Of a stretch of 64,000 nt of DNA, positions 28,595 through 37,813 are shown one piece after another. Origin of the DNA: an uncultured delta proteobacterium. GTDB lineage: Bacteria; Desulfobacterota; Binatia; Binatales; Binataceae. The DNA is taken from assembly GCA_963842085.1 (NCBI GenBank), contig CAWJET010000002.1, positions 672,001-736,000 of the forward strand, given 5' to 3'. How positions within the stretch are numbered: position 1 is the first letter of the stretch; each line of letters opens with the position of its first letter. A model generated the notes under the pieces. It searched no databases, was not told the DNA's origin, and saw only the letters and a program-made list of their open reading frames with translations. A program made the translations under genes and the position numbers.

Positions 28595-30292
28595 TCAGGC
28601 GAACAGCATCTCGGACATCGCGCCGCCGGGCGGAATCATCGGCATCACGGCCTCTTCCTTGGGGATCACGACGTCGATGAGCACCGGGCCGGGCGTGGCG
28701 AACGCTTCCTTCATCGTCGCGACCAGGTCTTTCGCCTTCTCAATCCGGAAACCGCGCGCGCCGTAAGCGTCCGCCAGCTTGACGAAGTTCGGCACCGACA
28801 TCGCGGAATACGAATAACGTTCGGCGTAAAACTTCTCCTGCCATTGGCGAACCATTCCGAGGTAGTAGTTATTCAGAATGATCACTTTGATGTCGACGTT
28901 ATATTGAACCGCCGTACCCAGTTCCTGGATGTTCATCTGGATCGAGCCGTCGCCGGAAACCACCACCACTTTCTTGTCGGGTGCGGCGAAGGTTGCGCCG
29001 ATTCCCGCCGGCAGTCCGTAGCCCATGGTACCCAGTCCGCCGGAAGTCAGCCACGAGCGCGGATTCTCAAACGGGAACATCTGAGCGACCCACATCTGAT
29101 GCTGCCCGACGTCAGTGGCGATTATGCAATCGCCCTTGACGATGTTGTGCATCTCGGCGATGACGTCGAGCGGAGAGACGCTGTCGCCACGATGACCGTT
29201 CTCGTAGAGCGGCTTCTCCTTCTGCCACTTGAGGATTTGCTGATGCCATTTGGTCCAGTCGGCGTGGCGCTTGGCGATACTCTCGCGGCCTTTGATGGTA
29301 GTCAGCATGTCGGTGAGTACTGACTTGATATCGCCGACAATTGGAATATCGACCTTGACGTTTTTCGAAATTGACGACGGGTCGATGTCGATGTGGATAA
29401 TCGTCTCGGCCTTAGGTGCGAATTCGGAAATCTTGCCGGTGACGCGATCGTCGAAGCGCGCGCCGACGGCGATCAGGCAGTCAGTGTTACAGACTGCGGT
29501 GTTGGTGCCGTACGAACCGTGCATCCCGAGCATCCCCAGCCGCAGCGGATCGGAGGCCGGGTACGAGCCCAGTCCCATCAGCGTCTCGGTAACCGGAATA
29601 CCAAGTCCCTTGACCAGTTCGCGCAACTCGGGCGCAGCGCCGGACCATTGCACGCCGCCGCCGACATAGAACAGCGGCGTCGAACTTTTCTCGATCGCCT
29701 CGATGGCGCGCTCGATTTGGCGCGGATTGCCGCGAATCGTCGGCTTGTAGCCGCGCAGGTCAACTTTCTCGGAAAGGTGAAAGGCATGTTCGGCCTGTTG
29801 CACGTCCTTGGGCAAGTCAACGACGACCGGACCGGGACGTCCGCTGCCGGCAATATAAAACGCTTCCTTGATGATGCGGGCGACGTCCTTGACGTTCTTG
29901 ACCAGGAAATTGTGCTTGGTGCACGGCCGCGTGATGCCGACGAAGTCCGCTTCCTGGAACGCGTCGTTGCCGATCATCGTGGTCGGAACCTGGCCCGACA
30001 GCACCACCATCGGGGTGGAGTCCATGTACGCGTCGACGATTCCGGTGACGGTGTTGGTCGCGCCGGGCCCCGAGGTCACGAGGACGACTCCCGGGCGTCC
30101 GCTGACGCGCGCATAGCCCTCGGCCATGTGGGTGGCGCCCTGCTCATGGCGGACGAGAACGTGCTTGATCTTCGAGTCGAGCAAGGCGTCGTAAGTCGGC
30201 AGGATGGCGCCGCCGGGATAGCCGAAGATGACATCGACGCCCTCGGCAATCAGGCTCTCGATAACGATTTGTGCTCCCGTGAGTTTTTTCAT
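28595..30292 (-). CDS. ilvB: Acetolactate synthase large subunit, biosynthetic type
   Basis: FGYPGGA, RHEQGA, FDDRVTG, DVGQHQMW, GDGS..N ThDP motif, GMVRQWQ; start MKKLTG. Confidence 0.95.
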   Translation of the reverse strand: MKKLTGAQIVIESLIAEGVDVIFGYPGGAILPTYDALLDSKIKHVLVRHEQGATHMAEGYARVSGRPGVVLVTSGPGATNTVTGIVDAYMDSTPMVVLSGQVPTTMIGNDAFQEADFVGITRPCTKHNFLVKNVKDVARIIKEAFYIAGSGRPGPVVVDLPKDVQQAEHAFHLSEKVDLRGYKPTIRGNPRQIERAIEAIEKSSTPLFYVGGGVQWSGAAPELRELVKGLGIPVTETLMGLGSYPASDPLRLGMLGMHGSYGTNTAVCNTDCLIAVGARFDDRVTGKISEFAPKAETIIHIDIDPSSISKNVKVDIPIVGDIKSVLTDMLTTIKGRESIAKRHADWTKWHQQILKWQKEKPLYENGHRGDSVSPLDVIAEMHNIVKGDCIIATDVGQHQMWVAQMFPFENPRSWLTSGGLGTMGYGLPAGIGATFAAPDKKVVVVSGDGSIQMNIQELGTAVQYNVDIKVIILNNYYLGMVRQWQEKFYAERYSYSAMSVPNFVKLADAYGARGFRIEKAKDLVATMKEAFATPGPVLIDVVIPKEEAVMPMIPPGGAMSEMLFA

Positions 30293-30842
30293 CGACCGAT
30301 TTTCTGACGTTTTTGTTTTGATTTGAGCATTCAAAGTTACACTACCAGCAGATACCGGCACAACTTGTGCTGGAAAACGGGCACTGGTTCGGTTTAACGA
30401 ACTGACAAACTGAGCCAACGCCGACATCGCGCAACTGGTCACGCTCGGTCATGCAGTCGGTGAAGGTCAATAGAACGCGCTCCCGCCGCGAAAGTTCGGA
30501 GTGCGACCAGCGCGATTCGGTCTGATCGAACAGAGGCGAGACGAGCAATTCATACCATCTGTTGTGGTTCTGGGAACCTTCGCCTACCATCGGTGGGTTC
30601 GTTCCGTCAAAATTAATATTTCGCGCACGCCGGCGCCTCCCGAAGCCGAGCGAGCCGGGCGGGTACGGGACATCCTGGCGGTTGACCATAGCGTATGTGT
30701 AGCACGCCAAATCCGCCGAGGTCAGGCTGAACTAGATCATCCACAAAGCGGGGCCTGAAAGCAAAATTGGAAGCAGCGACTCTAAACCGGTACCGGCTTC
30801 GCTGGCGCGAAGCTGTCCGAGATCCTTCCTCAGCTCGCCGGT

Positions 30843-31055
30843 GCTCGCGTCGTCAGGATGACAAAGGGCTGCGCGCGTTGCTCGCGTCGTCAGGATGACA
30901 GAGGGCTGCGTTCGCGTTGCTCGCGTCGTCAGGATGACAAACGGCTGCGTTCGCGTTGCTCGCGTCGTCAGGATGACGGAGTGGGCGCTTGCGTCGCTCG
31001 CTTCGGTCAGGATGACAAAGGGGCTGCGCGCGTTGCTCGCGTCGGTCAGGATGAC
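30843..31055. repeat. Tandem array of six REP-like (TGTC/CGTC-tagged) units, period 37-39 bp
   Basis: CAGGATGAC at 30854, 30891, 30930, 30969, 31008 and 31047; core GCTCGCGTCGTCAGGATGAC. Confidence 0.92.
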
Positions 31056-31076
31056 AATCACAACGGGTTCTGACAG

Positions 31077-31523
31077 CTAGTAATGCTGCCCGGGCGCGAA
31101 GGGGCCGCCGCCCTGCTCCGTGCCCATTACTTCAAAAGTCTGATTGTTCGCGGCGAACATGCCGCGGACCGTCATGGTCTGGCCGGGCTGCATCTTCGCG
31201 AAGGTGTCCTCGCCCAGACCGGTGACGTTGAAGTTGGGTTTGTACTGGCGGACCAACTGCCAGACGTCCGGCCAATGGATTATGCCCCTGGGATCATCGA
31301 CGTAGGCGTCGTTGAGCACGAACTTGTAGGTTTTCCCGTTTACGCCCATCGTGACCACCTGCTTGTCACCGTAGATCTGCCCGGGCGCGGGCTTGGTGAT
31401 GACCAGCGTGGTGGTGAGAGGAATCATCATCGGGCGCATCTGGGCGTCTCCGCGGGCAGCAAAACAAACGATCGCCAAAAACGCCATCGCGAACATAGTG
31501 AGCGTGGAAAGAGTTTGTTTCAT
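31077..31523 (-). CDS. Hypothetical exported protein
   Basis: MKQTLSTLTMFAMAFLAIVCFAARGDAQ signal peptide; host-like codon usage. Confidence 0.75.
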   Translation of the reverse strand: MKQTLSTLTMFAMAFLAIVCFAARGDAQMRPMMIPLTTTLVITKPAPGQIYGDKQVVTMGVNGKTYKFVLNDAYVDDPRGIIHWPDVWQLVRQYKPNFNVTGLGEDTFAKMQPGQTMTVRGMFAANNQTFEVMGTEQGGGPFAPGQHY

Positions 31524-31665
31524 GCGAGTGACCTCGGCCGCTCCGGCTGAATCATAGGGAGTGCGTCGATGAACGATCAAGCGGGACATTTTCGATGCGA
31601 GCCTAACTACTGTAAGATGGCCGGCGACGCGTCCGGAATCGGCGCGATACACCCGGGGAGGACTC

Positions 31666-33012
31666 ATGCGACTGTCATCGCTCCGAATCATGGCCGGAAC
31701 CCTGTTGGCAGCGATACTGTGCTCGTTGCCGTCTGCGCAAGCCGGCGTCAAGCCCGGCGACGTGATCACCAAAGATAATGCGTACAAGGTCGCAGAGCTG
31801 CTGAGCCCCGGCAACTACGTGCTGGTCCGCGAGGGCATGCAGCTCAGGATCGTGCCGACCGACAAGCTCGACTGGCCGCCGCCGTTCAAAACCGCGACCG
31901 AGAAGTACTCACCCCAGGTCCAGCTCGGGCCAGACGGCAGCCTCAAGGGTTATGTCGCCGGGCAACCGTTTCCGCTGCTCGATCCGAACGATCCGCAAAT
32001 AGCGACCAAAGTGATGTGGAACTACAGCTACCGGCCGCTCTACAGCGACGACATCGACATGCGCTATCCGGAGGTTGCGACCTTCGCCAGGAACTCGACC
32101 GGCCGGCCGCTCAGCTATTACACGGTGGGGCACTTCGCGTTCTACAACAATATCGGCCGTATCGAAGTGCCGCCGATACCTACCGATCCCGACGCTCTGA
32201 AGAGCGGCCTTCGTTACCGCTTCGGCTTCTTTCCCTTCCTCGAACCAACGAGTTTGCGGGGCTATGGGATGGTGCGGGAGCGGTACATCAATCCCAAGGT
32301 CGAGGACAACTTCTGGGTGTACAGTCCGGGGACACGCAAGCTGCGCCGTGAATCGGCGGGCGTGCTGGCGGACAGTATCGGGGCGTTGCCGGGATTTGGC
32401 GGCGGCGGTGGTGGCGGCCTCGGCGGTGGTATGGGAGGCGCCAGCGGATCCACTGCTTACGCGAATACGCTCGATCCGGATTCGTACTTCGGTTTCTCGG
32501 CGAAGGTCGAAGACTTCAACTACCGATTCCTGGGCGAGCGCGAGATGCTCGCGTCGGTGCATGCCGAGCATTCGCCCGAGCCGCAGTGCCCGTTCGACGG
32601 CGGCAAGACTATTTGCCCGGAGAACTGGGAGATGCGCCATCTCTACGTGGTCGAAGCGACCGTGAAACCGGGCCTTGGCGCCACGATTCCGAAGCGAATC
32701 CTGTACATCGATTCAGAGGGATGGTTTGTGACTGCGTCAGATCAGTACGATCGCGACGGCAAGTTATGGAAGACCATCGCGACCTTCAACACTTATCGCG
32801 ATCGGCCGGTGCCGGATGCGCGAATCGCCATTTATCCGTACAAGCGGATGTTCCAGCTCGGCCTGGTCGATGAGGATCTCACCAGCGGTTACAGCTCCGT
32901 CGTCTATATGCCCGGAACGACCGCGCCCGATCACGAGTGCTGGTATATCGACATGGGAACCGTGACCAACGCGATGCTGGCGCCGCAAGCGCTCGTGCGA
33001 GAAGGACACTGA
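31666..33012 (+). CDS. DUF1329 family exported protein
   Basis: PGDVITKDNA, GQPFP..DP..A.KVMWN, WVYSPGTRKLRR, KRILYID..YDRDGKLWK. Confidence 0.82.
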   Translation: MRLSSLRIMAGTLLAAILCSLPSAQAGVKPGDVITKDNAYKVAELLSPGNYVLVREGMQLRIVPTDKLDWPPPFKTATEKYSPQVQLGPDGSLKGYVAGQPFPLLDPNDPQIATKVMWNYSYRPLYSDDIDMRYPEVATFARNSTGRPLSYYTVGHFAFYNNIGRIEVPPIPTDPDALKSGLRYRFGFFPFLEPTSLRGYGMVRERYINPKVEDNFWVYSPGTRKLRRESAGVLADSIGALPGFGGGGGGGLGGGMGGASGSTAYANTLDPDSYFGFSAKVEDFNYRFLGEREMLASVHAEHSPEPQCPFDGGKTICPENWEMRHLYVVEATVKPGLGATIPKRILYIDSEGWFVTASDQYDRDGKLWKTIATFNTYRDRPVPDARIAIYPYKRMFQLGLVDEDLTSGYSSVVYMPGTTAPDHECWYIDMGTVTNAMLAPQALVREGH

Positions 33013-33027
33013 GCGGTAAGAACGCAG

Positions 33028-34671
33028 CTACAGTTGCAGCACGAAGCGGATGTCGCCCAGACGCAACTGGCTGCCAGCGCTGAGAAACGCCGAGCCGTGG
33101 ATCTGGCGGTCGTCCACGTAGCTGCCGTTGGTCGAATTCAGGTCCATCAGCTCGAACCCACCGTCGCGGCGCATCAGGCGCGCGTGCTGTCGCGAGACGC
33201 TGGCGTGCGGAATAACGACGTCGTTGTTCTCGCCGCGGCCAATGGTTATCTCGTCCTTCATCAGCGAGTATTCCGCCGGCACCGGATCGATGCGATCGAC
33301 TGCCACCAGCCGCGCGCCCTGGGTATGTCCCACGCCGCGCGGCGCGGTGGTCGGCGATTGCGGCGGCCGGGCGGGCGCGCGTTGCGCGACGCGGGCCGCA
33401 GACGGCGGCGCCGACGGCATCCGGAGTGACGGAGCGCTCTGCGCCTCGATGATGGCCTTCAGTTCCTCGGCCGAGACCCCGAACCTCATCCGCGAGAGCC
33501 CGAAGAGCCCGATGATTGCGAGCAAGGGCACCGCGCCGTTCCACCAACTAAAGGAGAATTGCTTGAGCCCCGTGCCGGTCGAATTTCCGCCGGCCGTGCC
33601 TTCGTCCTCGGGCACGTTGATCGCCGCGCCGCCGAGACCGCGGACCTGATACGAGGTCTCCGCGTCGCCCGATTCACCATTGTAATCGACCTTCAGCGCG
33701 ACGCTGCGATTGGTGCCGTCTTCGATCGGCCGCGGCGTGCGGTAGGTCAGCGAATACTCGGTCGCGATCGAATGGCCTATTTCGCGCACCAGCGACGGGA
33801 AGCGGCCTTCCTCCGTGATGATATTGTACGAGCGGCCGTGCGTCGCATCGACGATTTCCTGGTACTCGGGCGCGATGAACGGCGGCGGCACCACCGCGTA
33901 CAGCGTGAGCCCGTTCTTCTTGAGCAGGTCGGCGACCTTGGTGCCGGTTAAATCCGTGACCTGGACGCCGCGGGTGTGATGGTCCCAGAAGGCCTGGTCG
34001 TGCGCCGTGTCGGCCGAGCCGTCGCCGTCATGATGAGGCGGCGCGTCGGTGACGATAATGATGATGCCTTCGGCCTCGGGGCGGAACGGAAACTTGGCGG
34101 CATAGGCAAGCGCGTCGAGCTGATCCTCGGGGATGTCGCCGCCGCCGCCGGCGTGCAGGCTGCCGACCCAGTCGCTGAACTGCTTGACGTTCGAGGTGAA
34201 CGAGTTGCGATAGGCGCAGTTGCAGTCGGGATACGCCGAGACCACGTAGTCCTCGAAGGTCACCAGTCCGAGCCGGTAGTCGCGGCTGTTGGACTGCAGG
34301 TCCTGGGCGAACGCGATCACATTCTGCTTGACGGCGTCGATGTAGGGCTGCATCGATTCGGTCACGTCCAGCACGAACACTATGTCAACGGGACGGCCCT
34401 GGCCGACGCCGCGAAAATCGATAATTTTGGCTTCCTTGCCGTCCTCAAAGACCTTCACGTTGTCGGGACGAAGGTTGCCGACCGGATTGCCGTTTTGGTC
34501 GGTCAAACCAAAGTCGAGCTGGACGCCGCCGTCGGCATCGAAATGCTCGAGGCCCGGATTTCCGGTGGTGATTTTCAGGCTCGCTTGTGCCGCGGTTGCC
34601 CGAAGCCCGAAGCACAGCAGAAGAAAAAGCGCGAACAGAAGATGGCGGGCGTTTCGATTCGGCGAGTTCAT
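33028..34671 (-). CDS. Signal peptide - VWA domain - transmembrane helix - FHA domain protein
   Basis: DIVFVLDVTES MIDAS, GGGDIPE, TDAPPH; TM WWNGAVPLLAIIGLFGL; FHA IGR..VSRQHA..STNG. Confidence 0.88.
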   Translation of the reverse strand: MNSPNRNARHLLFALFLLLCFGLRATAAQASLKITTGNPGLEHFDADGGVQLDFGLTDQNGNPVGNLRPDNVKVFEDGKEAKIIDFRGVGQGRPVDIVFVLDVTESMQPYIDAVKQNVIAFAQDLQSNSRDYRLGLVTFEDYVVSAYPDCNCAYRNSFTSNVKQFSDWVGSLHAGGGGDIPEDQLDALAYAAKFPFRPEAEGIIIIVTDAPPHHDGDGSADTAHDQAFWDHHTRGVQVTDLTGTKVADLLKKNGLTLYAVVPPPFIAPEYQEIVDATHGRSYNIITEEGRFPSLVREIGHSIATEYSLTYRTPRPIEDGTNRSVALKVDYNGESGDAETSYQVRGLGGAAINVPEDEGTAGGNSTGTGLKQFSFSWWNGAVPLLAIIGLFGLSRMRFGVSAEELKAIIEAQSAPSLRMPSAPPSAARVAQRAPARPPQSPTTAPRGVGHTQGARLVAVDRIDPVPAEYSLMKDEITIGRGENNDVVIPHASVSRQHARLMRRDGGFELMDLNSTNGSYVDDRQIHGSAFLSAGSQLRLGDIRFVLQL

Positions 34672-34832
34672 CGCTGGCAATGATTCTCCGGATCGGGAAG
34701 GCAATCAGTCAAGCTCCGTGATCAATTCGACGTTAACGCAAGCGATTGTATTCTTGCCTTCGCACACCGGTTAGGTTATCCCAAACGCTGACCAAATTCT
34801 TCTTTGATGGATTCCGAGTGAAAGATTTTTTT

Positions 34833-36956
34833 GTGCATCGGATTGCTCGCGGCCTGATTATACCTTTTGTCAGCGTGATTTGCGTGATTCTGGCCGGTGC
34901 CGGACCGGCCCGGGCCGGCAAAAATGCCCCGGTCGAGGTTGGATTTGTGGGCGTTCCGCCGCCGGGCTTTCAAAACGTTCTTCTCAATGTTCAAGCGGTT
35001 CGCATCAATCCCAATGCCAGCGCGGGCCCCGGCAGCGGCAAGTGGGCGACCATTCCGGTACCCCCGGGGGTTGGAGGCGGCAGCGGCCAGAAGGCGGAGT
35101 TGCAGATCGATCTGAATACTTCGCAGAATGTACCCCAGCTCTTCAACACCGCCAATGTGCGGGCCGACAGTTACCAGGTTGCGGAGATCCTGCTCGATCC
35201 GAACAATCCCGGCACGTTGATCCCCAACTGTCCGAAAGCACCGACTGTCGGCAGCACCGCCGACGGATGCATCAATTACCCGATCGCGTTGGCCAACGGC
35301 CAAGTCATCAGCACGCCAATCTCGGGGTTCTCACCGGGAAAGGGAAAACTGTCGCAGTTGGTGCTTCAAGTATCGATGACAATCACCCAGGCGCCGACGA
35401 CGGCGAACGGCGCTTACACCGTCAACATCGTTCTGAGCCCGATTACCAGTTCGGTGCTGGGCACGATCACGGGATCGGTGACGGTCAAAGCGGGGTCCGG
35501 CGGTTCGACGACCGGAAAGGTCCGCCAGTTGGCGGTGACCGCCGAAGCGATCGGAACCAATACCGCGATTGCGACCGCTCAGGTGCAGAGCGGGACGTTT
35601 ACCCTGGCGCTTCCTGCGGGCGGCGGCCCGGGGTCACCAGAGTCGCCACTCGGACTTGGAACGCTCTATGACCTCGCGGTTTCGGGCGGAGGAGATAGCT
35701 ACGCGGCAGACCGGTTGGTGCCGTTGTACCCGGGGCAATCGCTCACGGATGACTTCACCGTCACCGGGAATCAGACCCTGGGCAACATCACAGGCCAAAT
35801 CACCGACAATTGCGTGGCCACAAAACCGATTGTCGGTGCGACGCTGCAATTGCTGGTTCCGCCCAACAGCAACCCCACGGCTAACTGCTTCGACCTGACG
35901 ACCGCCGATCAATGCGTTACTGTCGCAACCGCGAATACCGACAACGCCGGCGACTTCCCGCTGCCAGGAACAATCACGATTCCGCCTCAGTTTCAAAACG
36001 TTCCGCAAGCGCCAAAAGCAAATCCGAACGGTGCCTATGCGATGGAGATCAGCGCGCCCGGCTATGACTCCCTAATCGTCCAGGCGAAGCCGAACGGGGG
36101 CAGCGGCAAGAAAAGCGGTGGCACGTGCGCACCTGTGGGCAGCACCACTTTCGGCACGTGCGATCTCGCGCTGAATACGGGATACATCACCGGCAGCATT
36201 CCGATCACATCCCCGAATCCGGGGCAGACCACCCTGGTCCAGGTATTCGCCGAGGACATGGGAACCAACACCGTCGAAAGCGCGCTGCCAATGCCGATAA
36301 GCGTCACGAACTCGAACCCCGGCTCCGTCAATTTCACGCTGAACGTTCCGACCTTTGATCAGGTTCCGGCCTTTGATCTGTACGCCACGACGATCGATCT
36401 CTACCAGGGCGTCACCGATCCATATCAAGGCCATACGATCGCAGTGCTGGGAGACGTGGCGGCGCCGGCGGTGCCGACCGGGCCGGGAATGTGCAATACG
36501 ACTCAGAACGCGAATTTTTCCCCCGACGAAACCATCAATTGCATCGGTCACGGCAGCGTGACGGGCACTGTCGCCAACGCCGACCTCGGCACCTCGGTGG
36601 TGTTATCGAAACAAGACCCGCTGTCGGGGAACAACGTGCAGATAGCGACCAGCCTCGTGCAGAATCAGTCGCCAAATTCCAGTCCAAGCAACAGTTACGC
36701 CTTCTGCGTTCCCGCCGACATCTATCAACTACAAACGGTGGAGATGCCGTTGCCCAGTCCCAGTGTAGTGCCGTCGGCGGCGCCAACACCCGAGCCCACG
36801 GGCAGCCCCACGATTACCGTCACGATTCCGCCGGCTCCGCTAGCCGGAGGCCCGGTGCCGACTCCGACGCCGGCGATCAAGTGCCCCACCACCTGCTCGA
36901 ATCCCAACGGCTCATGCCCCGGCATCTGCAACACCGTTATCCAGACGCTACCGTGA
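34833..36956 (+). CDS. Large exported Cys/Pro/Thr-rich beta-sandwich protein (DUF4382-like N-terminus); start uncertain
   Basis: Signal peptide ending ARA; FQNVLLNVQAVR, repeated G.ITG.V units, PTPTP linker. Confidence 0.7.
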   Translation: MHRIARGLIIPFVSVICVILAGAGPARAGKNAPVEVGFVGVPPPGFQNVLLNVQAVRINPNASAGPGSGKWATIPVPPGVGGGSGQKAELQIDLNTSQNVPQLFNTANVRADSYQVAEILLDPNNPGTLIPNCPKAPTVGSTADGCINYPIALANGQVISTPISGFSPGKGKLSQLVLQVSMTITQAPTTANGAYTVNIVLSPITSSVLGTITGSVTVKAGSGGSTTGKVRQLAVTAEAIGTNTAIATAQVQSGTFTLALPAGGGPGSPESPLGLGTLYDLAVSGGGDSYAADRLVPLYPGQSLTDDFTVTGNQTLGNITGQITDNCVATKPIVGATLQLLVPPNSNPTANCFDLTTADQCVTVATANTDNAGDFPLPGTITIPPQFQNVPQAPKANPNGAYAMEISAPGYDSLIVQAKPNGGSGKKSGGTCAPVGSTTFGTCDLALNTGYITGSIPITSPNPGQTTLVQVFAEDMGTNTVESALPMPISVTNSNPGSVNFTLNVPTFDQVPAFDLYATTIDLYQGVTDPYQGHTIAVLGDVAAPAVPTGPGMCNTTQNANFSPDETINCIGHGSVTGTVANADLGTSVVLSKQDPLSGNNVQIATSLVQNQSPNSSPSNSYAFCVPADIYQLQTVEMPLPSPSVVPSAAPTPEPTGSPTITVTIPPAPLAGGPVPTPTPAIKCPTTCSNPNGSCPGICNTVIQTLP

Positions 36957-36961
36957 TCGCG

Positions 36962-37645
36962 ATGGTGAACCGGGGAATGCGGAGTCTCGCGCGAACCTTG
37001 GCGATGAGCGCGCTCGGCGCCGCGATCGTCTTTGCAGTCGCGGCCTGCAACAACCAGACTGGATTTTCCGGCAGCGTCGGCAATACGCCCAACGCCCCCA
37101 AGCTGACCTCGTACGAAGTTCTCGGCACGGTCGGCACGCCATTTACTGCCACCGTCTCCGACACGCGATCGTCGTGGACGCTGCAGGGCAACGTTCCGCT
37201 CAGCATCTTTATCTGCAACAACCTGCCGCCGGCCGCAATCGTCGCGACCAAAACCAGCAGCAACAGCAACCTGCTGAGTCTCGAAATAATCTCCGGCAGC
37301 CGCGTGGCCGACCTCCAGTCCACCAGCGCGCCATTTGGAACCGTGTCGGTGCAGGTCGGAGGCACTCTCAGCTCGATCGCCTCGCCGGCGGACCCCGACC
37401 TGCGCATTTTCCTGAGCGGCCCCCTCAATGAGCACTATCAGGCGCTGGTCGAAGACATTTCGACGGGATTCGTAATCAGTTCAAGTGCGCCGACGTTGAT
37501 CCTGTTCGACAACCCGGACGGCAAGGTGGACGCCACCTTTTTCGGCAGCCAGGACTTCGGCACCTTCACCGCCAACATGACGCTTGGCGGCGAAGTGGTG
37601 GCAACCGTTATGCACGGCCCCAACGCGACGATTCGCGAGCCCTGA
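36962..37645 (+). CDS. Hypothetical lipoprotein
   Basis: Lipobox VAA-C after a hydrophobic stretch; ATG 5 nt after the upstream stop. Confidence 0.72.
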   Translation: MVNRGMRSLARTLAMSALGAAIVFAVAACNNQTGFSGSVGNTPNAPKLTSYEVLGTVGTPFTATVSDTRSSWTLQGNVPLSIFICNNLPPAAIVATKTSSNSNLLSLEIISGSRVADLQSTSAPFGTVSVQVGGTLSSIASPADPDLRIFLSGPLNEHYQALVEDISTGFVISSSAPTLILFDNPDGKVDATFFGSQDFGTFTANMTLGGEVVATVMHGPNATIREP

Positions 37646-37813
37646 CTGGCGTCGCGTGTTGAGTCAGTAGCGGCGGTAGCCGCGCAATCCGCTCGCAGAT
37701 CTTCGTTCATTCCGGTTCGTTTGACAGCCTTCCGCATTCGTCATACTTAGCCTCTGTAACAAGTGAGCGATTCGAGAAACGCACCTGGATCTCCCCGCCC
37801 CTGAAATCATCCT

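Noticed and set aside
30293-30450. ilvB attenuator leader peptide
   Set aside because: No Ile/Leu/Val-rich short ORF or terminator with a U-run
30501-30758. 85-aa plus-strand ORF with a faint uracil-DNA glycosylase-like VVVLG..HP pattern
   Set aside because: Too short, no catalytic motifs, no supporting start signal
30843-31055. CRISPR or TIGR-like array
   Set aside because: Linkers are only 11-13 nt and mostly related to each other; no cas or Nop-domain gene in the window; units match REP-like elements
30732-31080. Repetitive ORFs (VILTTRATR...)
   Set aside because: By-product of the 39-bp DNA repeat period; no start signals
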